Origin: an uncultured delta proteobacterium
Lineage (GTDB): Bacteria > Desulfobacterota > BSN033 > UBA1163
Direction: 5' to 3'
DNA length: 64,000 nucleotides
Assembly (NCBI GenBank): GCA_963708295.1
Contig: CAVPSJ010000020.1
Location: 83,431-147,430 of the forward strand
Shown here piece after piece: positions 48,942-61,226 of this stretch (its first letter is position 1; each line of letters begins with the position of its first letter). The translations under genes and the position numbers were made by a program. The notes under the pieces were generated by a model, which was given only the letters and a program-made list of their open reading frames with translations, ran no database searches and was not told where the DNA came from.

Positions 48942-49730
48942 ATGAGGAAGGAGCAAGGAGGCCCTTTTCAGCTGAATTTCGAGTTTGCTGTTGACCATCA
49001 GGTCAGGGTTGCGGAAAGCTGCTTACTTCAGCTTACACAGTATTACTGCGCAAACTGCAGTAGACCACCGGGTAAGGGGGCCTGGTCACGGTCGGCAGAC
49101 GAAGCGAGTCTCGCCTGCCTGCTGATTTGCGAGAGTTATGCATGTTTCTTATCTGACGAGGCCATCAATGCGCTTCTTTCTTGCCGAAAGGCCATCCCCT
49201 CATCGAACAACCCTGTTCTGTGGCTGGATGTTTTGCCCTGGGACCTTGCCATTGATGCCCTGAGATCCAACCCGGGCAGAACCGAGAAACAATTGGAATT
49301 CAACTATTCCGGAAAATACTGGGTGCTGGCTCCCAGCGGCATGTCGATGAGCCCTGTTAATTTCTTGGTGGAGAATCTAACTCACCCAGACTCCTCCATC
49401 CGGTCGGTTATTCTTGAATTGGCTTGGTTTGTGAAAAAACGAGTTCCCTTCGAAAAGGCCGCGAAGGCACTGCTGAAAAATGCGGCGGACACGTTAAGCT
49501 ACTGGGAGAGGTCGCTCGGGCTCTGTTCGACTTTATTCGAAAATGAAGAACAGTTTTGGGCTTTTGCCGACGCCTTCCAACCACCCCATGATTTTATTGA
49601 GCAATATCACGACCGCCTGAAGGTGGCTCACGAGAATAAACTCCGGACGTTACGATGCCATTTTATTGAACTTGAGCTGAAGCTTCGAAGGATGATTGAT
49701 GGATGGGCCCTGAGCCTGACATTTGAGTAG
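48942..49730 (+). CDS. Hypothetical protein
   Basis: AGGAG SD; 262-aa ORF followed by a hairpin at ~49735-49768. Confidence 0.6.
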   Translation: MRKEQGGPFQLNFEFAVDHQVRVAESCLLQLTQYYCANCSRPPGKGAWSRSADEASLACLLICESYACFLSDEAINALLSCRKAIPSSNNPVLWLDVLPWDLAIDALRSNPGRTEKQLEFNYSGKYWVLAPSGMSMSPVNFLVENLTHPDSSIRSVILELAWFVKKRVPFEKAAKALLKNAADTLSYWERSLGLCSTLFENEEQFWAFADAFQPPHDFIEQYHDRLKVAHENKLRTLRCHFIELELKLRRMIDGWALSLTFE

Positions 49731-49772
49731 GAAGGCCCTGCCTCTTTGTCGTTGGAGGGCAGGGCAGGGAAT

Positions 49773-49979
49773 CTAACCGATTCTGCCTTCTCTTTCCTTG
49801 TGTAGATGTTCTACCACCACCACCCAGCCAACCAGGTCGGCTTGAGCTTGAATTTCATGTAATGTGGCCCCCAACTTAAACTCAAGTCTTCTTGTTTTTG
49901 GGCCAAGCAGAACGGCAGTACCGTCGAACCGCTGGATCAGGGTGGCCCTCGGTTTTCCATCTAGCAATCTATAATCCAT
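49773..49979 (-). CDS. Small hypothetical protein
   Basis: 68-aa ORF converging on the shared hairpin. Confidence 0.5.
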   Translation of the reverse strand: MDYRLLDGKPRATLIQRFDGTAVLLGPKTRRLEFKLGATLHEIQAQADLVGWVVVVEHLHKEREGRIG

Positions 49980-50721
49980 TTTAGTTTTCCAGTGTTACCA
50001 CTTTCCGATCGTTCCCTTATTTCTTGTCTTACGATCAATCACTCGAGCCTCCATTCAATTCTCAGTTTATCAGAAAGCCATTCCAAATAAATACTACGAA
50101 TACCGTATTTCTCGGGGGAAGATCCCGTATTTTCGGTAAGGTTCGTTCCCGTGAAACCTTTGAATCCCGGTGGGTTCCCAGAGTGCCCTGTTGAAATCGG
50201 ACAGAGCAAACACCCTCTGCAGCTTTCAATGGTGTCGAGACCTTTGTCTTGTCCGGGACTTCGCGCGATGCAGCAGTAACCCGGTTGCCGGGCGGAGGCC
50301 CGAAGCGTGTTACGAATGAGAATGCTCATTGTGGGGTATCAGCTAAGGAGGCTTGAATCGAGGACGTCTTATCTTTCCGCCTTGACATACCTCTCCTTTT
50401 TTCGTATATTCAACACGTTCAAAAAGGATTTTTATTCATTGTCATTCAGGGTCATTCGTGCCAAATACGGCAGGAGGGTGTCTCCCACCTTGAACATTAG
50501 GGTATGGCCTCTGTCGACTTCCTTCAAGCCCTTTGCGATGCCCGTTGCTGCGCATCGGGCGGCCGGGCGTTCCTGCACAAAGCTGGTAGGGTTACTTTCG
50601 GAAGCCATTCAACACAAATATGACAACAAGGAGGTGATGCAAGGTCACAGGGTAAAAAACCTGGGGCTTTCATGAGGGATGTGAAATCCAGCCTATTCAA
50701 TCAGGAAGGAGGAGGTAAAAA

Positions 50722-51967
50722 ATGAAAAAGTGCCTAATGCTTTATTTTTGATCTTGGCATGCTGCATTCTTTTATTTCCGGCAACACCCTGGCGGCCAAT
50801 CCCACCAAGATAAAGGTCGGTATCCTGCTTCCGCTCACCGGCACGTTTGCGGCGGTGGCTCAAACTCAGAGGGATGGTGCGCTGTTGGCAGTGGATGTGA
50901 TCAATAAAAAGGGCGGACTCAAAATGCCCTGGGGAAATGTAAAGGTGGAAGGGGTTGTCTACGATGATGAGACCAAACTGGATGTGGGCGTCCGGCGTTA
51001 CCGTTACATGCTTGACGAAGGGGTGAAAGGCGTTGGAGGTCAGACCTGGGCTCCGCTCGCATATGCTATCAATGCCTTGGTTCAAAAAGATCCCATGCCG
51101 TATTTCCCCGTTTGCGTCATGGCCAAGGAAGCCTTTCAAAAGGGCAAGCTGGCCGATGGCACATTTGCCGCGGCCTACAGTCCGTGGACGGTAGGATACA
51201 TGGCCGGCTCCTCTGCCATCAAAGCGCTGGGCAAGAAGCGTATTTTCTTCTTGGCTCGCGCCGACAGCTGGGGCTGGGACATCCGGGACGGTGTCTATGC
51301 GGCCGCCAAAGAAATGGGTGCTGATGTGGTCGGGTATGACGAAGTTTCACTGGGAACGGGTGACTACACGACCATTTTACAGAAAGTACGGGCAGCAAAG
51401 CCGGACGTTTTCATCGCCTCTCAATTTGCTGCGGATGCCGTGGCCCTTTTAAAACAGTGCCATGAGACGGGCCTCAACAAGGAAATGACCATTTTCAATA
51501 CCTTCATCACAAACGTGGTCGCCAAAGGCATTCCTCCCCAGGCCCTGGAGGGTGTCTACGCGGTACACTATTTTTACTATGACCTGAGCGGCTTCGAAGA
51601 CAAGGGAGTGGCAAAAACCGCCAAGGAATTTACCGAACTCTACAAGGCGAAGTACAACGCCCCTCCGGATTCTTATGCAACGATCGCCTATACTGCCTAC
51701 ATGGAAATGTTCAGGGGGTTTGAGGTGAGCAAGTCCTTTGAGCCGAAAAAGGTGTCCGCGGCGCTGATGGCCAACAACGGTGCATTCACCTCTGTGAAAG
51801 GTTCTGCCAGATGGCGCGAGGATCACGCAGCGGTGTACAAGTATGCTGGCTTTTTGGTCAAGGGAAAAGGTCCCAAGGAGCAGAAAAACCCATGGGATCT
51901 GTTTAAGGTCGTAGGCTACCAGGGCGGTGATTCGGTGATGCCGAATCTGAAGTCTCTGGGTTATTAA
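50722..51967 (+). CDS. Branched-chain-amino-acid-type ABC substrate-binding protein (frameshift in signal-peptide region)
   Basis: AGGAGGAGG SD before ATG 50722; IKVGILLPLTG, INKKGG, DYTTILQKV. Confidence 0.85.
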
Positions 51968-52168
51968 TACCATTTCAACCGATACCCCATCCCCACCCTA
52001 ACCCTCCCCTTGATGGAGAGGGGAATCCCTAGGTTCCTCCCCCTTCAAGGGGGAGACAGGAGGGGGATGGGGTCAAAGGCTTCATGTGTCTGATCAGATG
52101 TGAATGTCCTCTTGCCCCGGTGGCTTTTGGATTTTCACACCGGGGGACTTTAAGGAAAGGGGCTTGCC

Positions 52169-52987
52169 GTGAGTCCGGGACCAGGCGCAGAAATCATCAA
52201 GACCGAAAACGTTACCAAACGATTTGGCGAATTAGTCGCTGTTGACCACGTCAACTATGTCCTGCGTGAAAACGAAGTGGCCGGTATCGTCGGATCAAAT
52301 GGAGCAGGGAAGACCACGTTCTTCAACCTCATCACCGGGTATTACCTGCCCGATGAGGGAACCATTCTGTATCAGGGGAAAGACGTCACCCACGTGTCGC
52401 CGGAAAAACGTGTTGACATGGGGATGATGCGAACCTTTCAACTGACCTCCACTTTCGACAATCTCACGGTGATCGACAATTTGGTCCTGTCTTTTTACAG
52501 AGCACATAAGAGCGCGTCCTTGTTTCCTCTTTTTCTTACCACCTGCAAGCGATACCACAAAGAAGAAAAAATCGCCGAATCCCTGGAGACCTTCGAGCTT
52601 CAGAATGAGTCCCACAGACAGGTGAAGCATCTCAGCCTGGGCGAGAAGAGACGGCTGGAGATTGCCATGGCCATCCTGGCCGAACCCAAGGTCTTGCTGC
52701 TGGACGAGCCTCTGGCAGGGCTGGCTGAGTCGGAAATCAAAGAGGTCCTGGGAGTGCTGGGCAAGCGCATCGGCAAGCAAACCCTACTGATTGTAGAACA
52801 TAAGATTTCGCAGGTGGAAGATTTCCTGGAGAGACTCACCGTCATGCATGAGGGCAGAGTGATCGCCGACGGCAAGTGTGAGGAATGTCTCCGGGCCCCG
52901 GAGGTGCGGAGAAGCTACTGGCAGATCGAAACCCCTGCCGATGGAACCGAGGATGCCCGCACACACGGAGTTCATGGCGATGAATAG
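52169..52987 (+). CDS. Liv-type ABC ATP-binding protein (LivG-like)
   Basis: GSNGAGKTT, RTFQ, LSLGEKRRLE, LLDEP, VEH. Confidence 0.9.
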   Translation: MSPGPGAEIIKTENVTKRFGELVAVDHVNYVLRENEVAGIVGSNGAGKTTFFNLITGYYLPDEGTILYQGKDVTHVSPEKRVDMGMMRTFQLTSTFDNLTVIDNLVLSFYRAHKSASLFPLFLTTCKRYHKEEKIAESLETFELQNESHRQVKHLSLGEKRRLEIAMAILAEPKVLLLDEPLAGLAESEIKEVLGVLGKRIGKQTLLIVEHKISQVEDFLERLTVMHEGRVIADGKCEECLRAPEVRRSYWQIETPADGTEDARTHGVHGDE

Positions 52988-53672
52988 CGACGAAATACTG
53001 GTGGTCAGAGGTGTGAGTGTTTCTTACGGCGAATCGAAGGTTTTGTTCGATGCCAATCTCAGCGTGAAACCTGGCCAGGTGGTGGCCTGCGTTGGACGTA
53101 ACGGAGCCGGTAAAACCACACTCCTCAAGAGCATCGGCGGATTCCTGAAACCGACCTCTGGATCGATCACCTTCAATCATACCGATCTGATCGGCATGAT
53201 GCCTTACGATATCGCCAGAATGGGGCTCAAGTACATTCCCCAGGACAAGAAGGTTTTTTCGGATTTGACGGTCAGGGAAAACCTCGAATTGGGGAGCTAC
53301 GCCACAAAGGATTACGACTGGGATCAGGTCACCCGCTTGTTCCCGAAACTGAAGTCCCTGATGGATCGCAAGGGCGGGTACCTGAGCGGCGGGGAGCGTC
53401 AGATGTTGATGATCGGCAGAGCCATCCTTGGCCACCCGAAGGTGCTCCTGATTGATGAGCCCACCGAAGGACTGGCCCCCAGTATCGTTGAACAACTGAA
53501 AAACGTCTTCAAGGAACTGAGCAAGAAAACGGCGCTGGTGATCGTTGAACAGAACCTCTCCCTGGTGTGCACGATATCCCATAAGGTTTATGCCATCAAG
53601 GAGGGGCGCATCGTCACTGAAATTTCCGACGAGGAATCGATTCGGTCGAACATCTGTGAACGATATCTTTAG
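52974..53672 (+). CDS. Liv-type ABC ATP-binding protein (LivF-like)
   Basis: GRNGAGKTT, LSGGERQM, IDEPTEGLAP, VEQN. Confidence 0.9.
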   Translation: MAMNSDEILVVRGVSVSYGESKVLFDANLSVKPGQVVACVGRNGAGKTTLLKSIGGFLKPTSGSITFNHTDLIGMMPYDIARMGLKYIPQDKKVFSDLTVRENLELGSYATKDYDWDQVTRLFPKLKSLMDRKGGYLSGGERQMLMIGRAILGHPKVLLIDEPTEGLAPSIVEQLKNVFKELSKKTALVIVEQNLSLVCTISHKVYAIKEGRIVTEISDEESIRSNICERYL

Positions 53673-54068
53673 GCGGGCACATGCTGTAAGGAACGCACAT
53701 CTGCGTGCGTTGCCCTCGATTATTCGCCTGCACGTCAGATGAAGAGGGATCTCGGACGCTCTCGTAAACGGGCGCTCATTTTGTAGTGCTCGATAGACGC
53801 AAGACTCAGCCAGGATATTATCTAACAGGGAAAGTCGATTGCAGTCGTCCGACCAAGTACGCCTCACGCCTTCAGGATGGTAGGGCGCCATGCACAGGGG
53901 ATCATGGGGAGCCTAAGAAGCCTTACTTGGTTCACGCCCACCGCTCTCCTCATCTAAAACAGGGGGAGGGGATAATATTGGGGGAATTTCGAGCATTTTA
54001 GGTCAGGTTTGACACTGGAACATCGGGCGGTTTGAACAATCGGGTAACATCCGACGAGGGAATTTCCG

Positions 54069-55121
54069 ATGATGAAGATCTTCAAATGGTGGTGGGGCAT
54101 TCTTTTGGCATTTTTTCTGGTAGCCTTGGTAAGGGTATTCTTGCCCCTGCCCTTTGCGAACGAAATCATTATTTTTTCCATCTATACGATGGGCTGTAGC
54201 TTTCTCTTGGGTCGGGTGGGGTTCATTTCATTCGGCCAGCCGGCCTATTTAGCCGTAGGCGCGTATGGGACCGCTTTTTATCTCTTTTACTTTGGCACCA
54301 ACCCTTATATCGGCATCCTCCTGGGGATTCTGGCCGGATTGGTCGTGTCGGCGATCGTCGGCGCTTTTTTCGTCAGGTTGCGGAGCGACTATTTCGCCCT
54401 GGTGAACCTGGCGCTGGCGGTGATCGTATTCTATCTGATGGAGAAAGTTCTGGCGAAAATTACCCACGGCGACAACGGTCTGTGGTTCTTGGCCAATATG
54501 TCGTCCACACCCGTGCTGGATCTCGGCAAGCCCAGCCATTTCTTCGTCTTCGCTTTCCTGGTGGCCATGGCCCTCTGGGCCTTCTACAAATACTTGGACG
54601 ATACGATTTACGGTGCCTGCTGCCTGGCAACCAAGACCAACGAAGACAAATTGAAATTTCTCGGATACAGCAACTTCCGCATCCGTTGGATGGCTTTTAT
54701 CATTGCCAATGCGACGACCGCCTTGGCCGGCTCCCTGTACGCGGTCTATTTGGGTTTTGTGAGTCCTGCCATCACCCATCCCGCTCGAGCGGCCGATCCG
54801 GTCGTGGTGACGATCCTGGGAGGGGTCGGCACACTCTATGGACCCATCGTCGGAGCGATCGCTTACACCGGTATGAAAGACTTGCTCAGCGGTTTTATCA
54901 CCAACTGGGAACTTTTTATCGGCTTCGTGCTGGTATTCATCATGCTTGCCGGTGAAAAAGGCATATGGGGCACGCTGGAGCCGATTCTGAAGAAGGCCCT
55001 TGTTCGGAACATGGCACCGCAGAGTCGCAGAGAAGCGGAGAAGGTCTTTCTCCGCGCCCTCTGCGGCTCTGCGGTGAAACTTTTATTTCGGAGAAGGAGA
55101 GGATGGACACGCAACTACTGA
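54069..55121 (+). CDS. Liv-type ABC permease (LivM-like)
   Basis: GFISFGQ, RLRSDYFA, ILGGVGTLYGPIVGA. Confidence 0.88.
   Translation: MMKIFKWWWGILLAFFLVALVRVFLPLPFANEIIIFSIYTMGCSFLLGRVGFISFGQPAYLAVGAYGTAFYLFYFGTNPYIGILLGILAGLVVSAIVGAFFVRLRSDYFALVNLALAVIVFYLMEKVLAKITHGDNGLWFLANMSSTPVLDLGKPSHFFVFAFLVAMALWAFYKYLDDTIYGACCLATKTNEDKLKFLGYSNFRIRWMAFIIANATTALAGSLYAVYLGFVSPAITHPARAADPVVVTILGGVGTLYGPIVGAIAYTGMKDLLSGFITNWELFIGFVLVFIMLAGEKGIWGTLEPILKKALVRNMAPQSRREAEKVFLRALCGSAVKLLFRRRRGWTRNY
55015..55076. repeat. CACCGCAGAG...CTCTGCGGTG palindromic element, copy 1 (inside the 3' end of livM)
   Basis: Terminal inverted repeat; longer related element at 56093-56305. Confidence 0.75.
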
Positions 55122-55973
55122 TTTCCGGAGTCATTTTTGGACTGAGCATCGGCAGTATCTTTTTCCTCCTGGCCATTGGCCTTTCGCTCTGCTTCGGTCT
55201 GATGCGCATCATCAGCATGGACCAATTGCTGTATTATTCTATCGGCGCTTACATCACCTATACCATCCATGTCTGACACGGGAAACACATGGCTCGGTGT
55301 GTTCGGGGGGATGGTCGTTGCGGGCTTGGTCAGCTTCGGCGTGGAGCGATTCGTGTTTCTGCGCATTTACGAACGGGATATCACGTTCACGATGATTACC
55401 TCCTTCGGGATTCTGTTCGCCGGTGTAGGCGCCATCAAATACATCTGGGGCCTGATTCCCCGGCCGGTTCCCGTCCCGATCGACGCACAAGTCGGGATCT
55501 TGGGGACAGGGGTCCCCGTCTACCGGTTGATCGTCATCGGAATCTCGTTGCTGGTCTATCTCGGCATCTGGCTCTTTTTGAACCGGACGATCACGGGCAA
55601 GGCCATCCGGGCCGGGATTGAAGACGTCGAACATGTGGAAGGGCTCGGCGTTAACGTGTATAAACTCTTCACCGTTACCTTCATCCTCGCCGGAATCTTA
55701 TCCGGACTGGCAGGGGGCCTGCACTCATCGCTGATCATGGTGGATCCCCAGATGGGTCTCGAGGTCCTGGCCTTCGTTTTCATGGTGGTCATTATCGGCG
55801 GTCTGGGCAGCATTAAAGGAACCCTCGCCTCCGCCTTCATCGTGGGGCAGGTCGTCTCACTGGGATCTCTCGTCTACGCCCCGCTGGCGCAAATGGCGCC
55901 GTTTGCCGTCATGTTGCTGATTCTCTTGATCAAACCGACCGGTCTTTACGGCAGCAAGCTGTTGAAGCGTTAA
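55103..55973 (+). CDS. Liv-type ABC permease (LivH-like; frameshift ~55268)
   Basis: LLAIGLSLCFGLMRII, GKAIRAG, VIIGGLGS, IKPTGLYG. Confidence 0.85.
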
Positions 55974-56092
55974 CGGCAAGAAATGTGTCGTTCTGCATCA
56001 GCTTCGTGATCGATTCCCGCCAGGGCATTCGTATGTCGTCTTCCCCTCCTCGGCGGGCTTTTGGATCAATATTCGCCGCCTTCCAACCCATG

Positions 56093-56305
56093 TTTCACCG
56101 CTGAGACGCCGAGATCGCCGAGGGGAATTTTCTTCTGCTCCAATCGGGAGACGGCGATTGAAGCAGAAACTCCACCTCTTCGGAAAGAAGATAGGACTCC
56201 CTATTATTAATCCTGTTTTGAAAGTAGCAAACCTTTTTGTTTGGCGGTATCTCCCCGCCAAACAAAAGATTCCTTCTCTGCGTCCTTTGCGGCTCTGCGG
56301 TGAAA
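56093..56305. repeat. TTTCACCGC...GCGGTGAAA palindromic element, long form
   Basis: Terminal inverted repeats TTTCACCGCxGAG / CTCTGCGGTGAAA; internal hairpin TTTGTTTGGCGG/CCGCCAAACAAA. Confidence 0.7.
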
Positions 56306-56487
56306 ATGTTATTTTGGACCAAACATGATGAAGTGAATAATGTCGACGGGTTGACTTTTTTCTCAAATGATTTATCTTGCATATAGTGAACCAATCATAG
56401 GAGAGGGGAGAGGGTGCTTTTTCTTCTTAAGAAGTTCGAAAGATGAGTCACGGGTCATCAGATCCACATCCTTGACAAGGAGGTAGG

Positions 56488-57155
56488 ATGGAGCCAAAGG
56501 GGGGGACCCTCAGGGTTTTAGTTTTTGCGAGCGGCGATGACAAGGGAGGAGGGTCTGGTTTCCAAGAATTGGTCGAATTTTCGCGAACGAATCCGCCGGT
56601 CCTTGACGCTCAAATCATCGGGGTCATTTCTAACCATCCGGATGGAGGAGTGCGCAAGAAGAGCGGACGCACTTCATATTCCTTTTGAGTATTGGCCCGG
56701 ACCGTATGATGCCAAAGGTTACCGAGCCTTCGTGGAGAAATACCAGGCTGATTTTGTCATGTGCTCCGGGTGGCTGAAGTTTGTAAGAGGACTCGATCCT
56801 GCCAAAGACAGTCAATATCCACCCGGGACCCCTGCCGCGGTTTGGCGGAGCAGGGATGTACGGGCATCATGTTCACGAAGCCGTCATGGCCGCTTATCGT
56901 CGAGGCGAAATTACCCAGAGCGCGGTGACCATGCATTTTGTCGATGAGGCCGCCTATGATCATGGTCCGATTATCTTCCAAATGCCGGTGCTGATCAGAC
57001 CGGAGGATGATGCCGAGTCGCTGGCCAAGAGAGTGAACGAAAAAGAACGCGCCTGGCAAAGTCATATTTTAAACCTGGTCGTCCATCGGCATATTTACCT
57101 CAAAGATGGGCAGGTCGTTTACGAAGGCGATGCGCCTAAAAGACTCTTTTACTAG
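56488..57155 (+). CDS. purN: Phosphoribosylglycinamide formyltransferase (frameshifted)
   Basis: VFASG..GSGFQ; NIHPGPLPRFGG.GMYGHHVH; MHFVDEAAYDHGPII. Confidence 0.85.
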
Positions 57156-57361
57156 TGCCGTAGCGGAGTTATCCTCGAACCATGAAAGTAACCCCCCATT
57201 CCCCCCTTTTAAGGGGGGATGAAGGGGGGTTAACTTAAGACGGCAAAGGTGGGGGGCGCGATTTGAAAATCTAATGCGTTCGCTTTAGTATTGCCGAGGG
57301 TCTGATATTTTTTGGGCTATTTACTGACACTCACACTGACACTTTAAGAAAGGAAGAAAGG

Positions 57362-60300
57362 GTGTTACCACTTTTTCCTAGCCAAAAGTGAGAAACTGCA
57401 ATACTGCTTCAACGTAGACACCTCTGCCCCGTTGAACTCCGAATGAGCTTTCGATTTTAAAGCAGCTCTTGGCCGACGGTTTTGTATCGGAGACGCTGTC
57501 TGAGAATCCGATCCATCCCGAGGGGACGAGAGGTGGTGGAACTCGGTCCGCGGATGAATTTTGCGACCGCCTATTCGACGAATATCGTCGCCATTTGCCA
57601 GACCTGCGGGCTCGAAAAGGTGACTCGTATCGAACGTTCCCGGCGGTATCTTCTTCCGTCAGGGGTGGATAAGGGTCGCTTTATTCGGGAGCATCACGAT
57701 CGGATGACCGAATGCTTGTATGATCAGCCCTTGCAAACATTCGAGACCGGAATCCTGCCGGAACCTGTTTTTGAGATTCCTCTGCTGGAAAAGGGACCGG
57801 ACGCTCTTCTGGAGATCCCGGGGCTTGCGATGGACGAGTGGGACAGAAAACTCTACCATGAATACTTTGTCAAGGAAGAGCGAAGAAATCCGACGATCGT
57901 TGAAATAAGAGATCTGGATAACGCCAACAGCGAGCACTCACGGCACGGCTATTTCAAAGGGAAGACTGATGATCGACGGGGTCGTGATGCCGGAGACGCT
58001 GATGGATATCGTGAAATCGACTTTAAAAGCGAATCCGTCGAACAGCATCATCGCGTTCAAGGACAATTCGAGCGGGATGAAAGGATATGACTGCTGGACG
58101 ATTCTCCCGGGCCAACCCGGAAAACCGGCGCCTTTCACGAAGCAGAAGGTGCAGTACCACATCATTTTTACGGCCGAGACGCACAATTTTCCGACCGGAG
58201 TGGCTCCTTTCCCCGGTGCTGAGACCGGCACGGGCGGACGGATACGCGATGTCCAGGCAACGGGAAAAGGAGGCCTGGTGGTGGCGGGGACAGCGGCGTA
58301 CTGTGTCGCCAACTTGCTCATCCCCGGCTACGATCTGCCCTGGGAAGACAAGAGCTCCGTTTATCCGTCGAGTCTGGCTTCTCCTCTGACCATCGAAATC
58401 AGGGCGAGCGACGGAGCCAGCGATTACGGCAATAAATTTGGCGAGCCGGTGATTCTCGGTTTTACCCGTTCCTTTGACGAAAGGCTTCAAAACGGCGACC
58501 GCTGGGCCTGGATCAAACCCATTATGTTTACGGGAGGCATCGGACAAATCGACGACAGGCATATTGAAAAGGACGAAGCCCAAAAGGGGATGCTGATCGT
58601 TCAGGTGGGCGGTCCTGCCTATGGCATCGGTCTGAGCGGCGGTTCGGCCTCCAGCAAGCTTCAGGGCGAGAATGAGGAAGAGCTCGATTTTAATGCGGTC
58701 CAGCGCGGCGACGCGGAAATGGAACAGAAGATGAACCGCGTCATCCGGGCTTGCATCGAAATGGGCGATCACAATCCTATCGTCAGCGCCCACGATCAAG
58801 GCGCTGGCGGTCCTGCCAACGTTCTCAAGGAGCTGGTCGAAAAGGCCGGGGGGAGAATCGAGATCAGGCGTATCAAACTCGGCGATCCGACATTATCCGT
58901 GCTGAAAATCTGGATTGCGGAATATCAGGAACGATGCGGTTTCTTGATCCAACCCGAGAGAATGGAAGAATTCAAATCCATCTGCGAACGGGAAAAAGTC
59001 AATTGCGAAATTCTCGGAGAGGTGACGGGAGACGGCCGCTTCGTCGTCCACGATGAGAAAGACGATTCAACGCCCGTGAATCTCAATCTTGCGAAGGTCC
59101 TGGGCAATATGCCGCAGAAAACATTCAAGGATGAGCGAAGGGAAGGTTCACTCAAACCCGTCGCATTGCCGGAGGGTTTGACAGTGGAAGACGCATTGTC
59201 TCGTGTACTTCGCAACCTGGCTGTCGGCTCGAAGAGATTTCTTACAAACAAGGTGGATCGAAGCGTGACCGGGTTGATCGCGCGACAGCAATGTTGCGGC
59301 CAGCTCCAGCTCACGGTCGGCGATGTGGCGGTGATCGCCCAGAGCCATTTCGGATTGACCGGGGCAGCCACGTCGATTGGCGAGCAGCCGATTAAAATGC
59401 TGGTCGACCCAAAGGCAGGGGCCCGGATGGCGGTGGGAGAAGCCCTGACCAATATCGTGTGGGCCCAAATCAGTCGCCTGGAAGATGTCAAGTGCTCGGC
59501 CAACTGGATGTGGGCGCCCAAGCTTCCCGGTGAAGGGGCGGCCCTTTACGATGCGGCTTGCGCGATGCGGGATCTGATGGTCCAGCTGGGAATTGCGGTG
59601 GACGGCGGAAAGGACAGCCTTTCCATGGCGACTCGCGTGGGAGATGAGATTGTGAAATCTCCCAGGGAGCTTGTGATTTCTGCTTACGCGACGATGCCCG
59701 ATATTACCAAGGTGGTGACTCCGGATATCAAGAAGCCGGGGCACAGCCAGCTCATATTTATTGATATCGCTCAGAGAAAGGCCAGGCTTGGAGGCTCGGC
59801 GCTCGCTCAGGTCTACGGACAGGTCGGAAACGAATCTCCCGACGTGGACGATCCCGAAATGCTTAAGCGGGCCTTCCGGGCCATCCAAAAGTTAATCTCG
59901 GAGGATTTAATTCTCTCGGGACACGACGTCAGCGATGGGGGTCTGATCACGACGTTTCTCGAAATGGCCTTTTCCGGGAACTGCGGCTTGAGAATTAGAA
60001 TGGATGGTCCCTGGAGCCCCCTGGAAAGGCTTTTTGCGGAAGAGCTGGGAGCCCTCATCGAGTGTCATAGGGATAATGTCGGGAAGGTGTCAGAGATTCT
60101 CGATTCTTTCCATCTCCCCTCAGCCATGATCGGGGAAACGACAGAGGATGAGAGAATTTCTGTTACCTATCATTCGCAGAAGGTTCTTGAATTCGATATG
60201 CGCGTCCTTCGGGAATGGTGGGAAGAGACCTCCTATCGAATCGAGCGTCTTCAGATGAATCCCCAGTGTGCGGATGAGGAGCGAAAGAATATCTTTGACC

Positions 60301-61226
60301 GAAAAGGGCCCAGCTATCGTATCCCTTTTAAACCCAAACCGACGCCGGCGCGTCTTCTCGAAGCCAAAAACAAACCGGAAGTCGCCATTCTCCGGGAAGA
60401 GGGGAGTAATGGCGACCGCGAGATGACGTCTGCTTTCTATCAGGCGGGTTTCAGTCCCTGGGACGTCACGATGAACGATTTGATCCGCGGGCGAGTGACG
60501 CTCGACCGTTTCAGAGGGCTTGTTGCTGTCGGAGGGTTCTCTTACGCCGATGTTCCGGAAAGCGCCAAGGGGTGGGCTGCGGCGATCCGATTCAATGAAA
60601 AGTTGAAGAAGATGTTCGACGATTTCTATCGTCGGTCGGACACCTTTTCTTTAGGTGTGTGCAACGGTTGTCAGCTCTTCGCACTCCTCGGATGGGTGCC
60701 CTGGGTGGGAATCCCTGACCATCAGCAACCGAGGTTCGTTCAAAATGTATCCGGACGGTTTGAATCCCGCTGGGAGACCGTCAAGATTTTAGAAAGTCCG
60801 GCGATCATGCTCAAAGGCATGGCCGATTCAATGCTCGGGATCTGGGTCGCCCACGGCGAAGGGAGGCTCCACTTCCCCGACCCAGCACTCATGGACGAGG
60901 TGATGAATAAGAAACTCGTTTCGGTCGTCTTCGTCGACGACGAAGGCCGGAGAGATGGAAAGATTTCAAAAAGCTATCCGTTTAATCCGAATGGATCGCC
61001 TTTCGGTATCACAGGGCTTTGTACGCCGGACGGGCGACATCTAGCCATGATGCCCCACCCGGAGCGATCCTTTTTGAAATGGCAATGGCCGTGGTTACCC
61101 GATGATCTGAGGGATGGGGGCAAAGAATCCCCGTGGATTCAAATGTTCCAAAATGCCAGAGCGTGGTGCGATGGAGTAAAACAGGGGGGTAAGAAGGTAC
61201 GTCGAAAAAAGGAATCAAGGAAATAA
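57362..61226 (+). CDS. purL: Large-type phosphoribosylformylglycinamidine synthase (frameshifts in the 5' 600 bp)
   Basis: NSEHSRH, AETHNFPT, HDQGAGG, KRFLTNKVDRSV, GGKDSLSM, GVCNGCQ, AHGEG, MPHPER. Confidence 0.92.

Noticed and set aside
50130-50700. Riboswitch or 6S-like ncRNA upstream of the ABC binding protein
   Set aside because: Some pairing potential, but I could not match a known consensus by eye; needs an Rfam/Infernal scan.
56310-56487. ZTP or purine riboswitch before purN
   Set aside because: Consensus motifs were not found.
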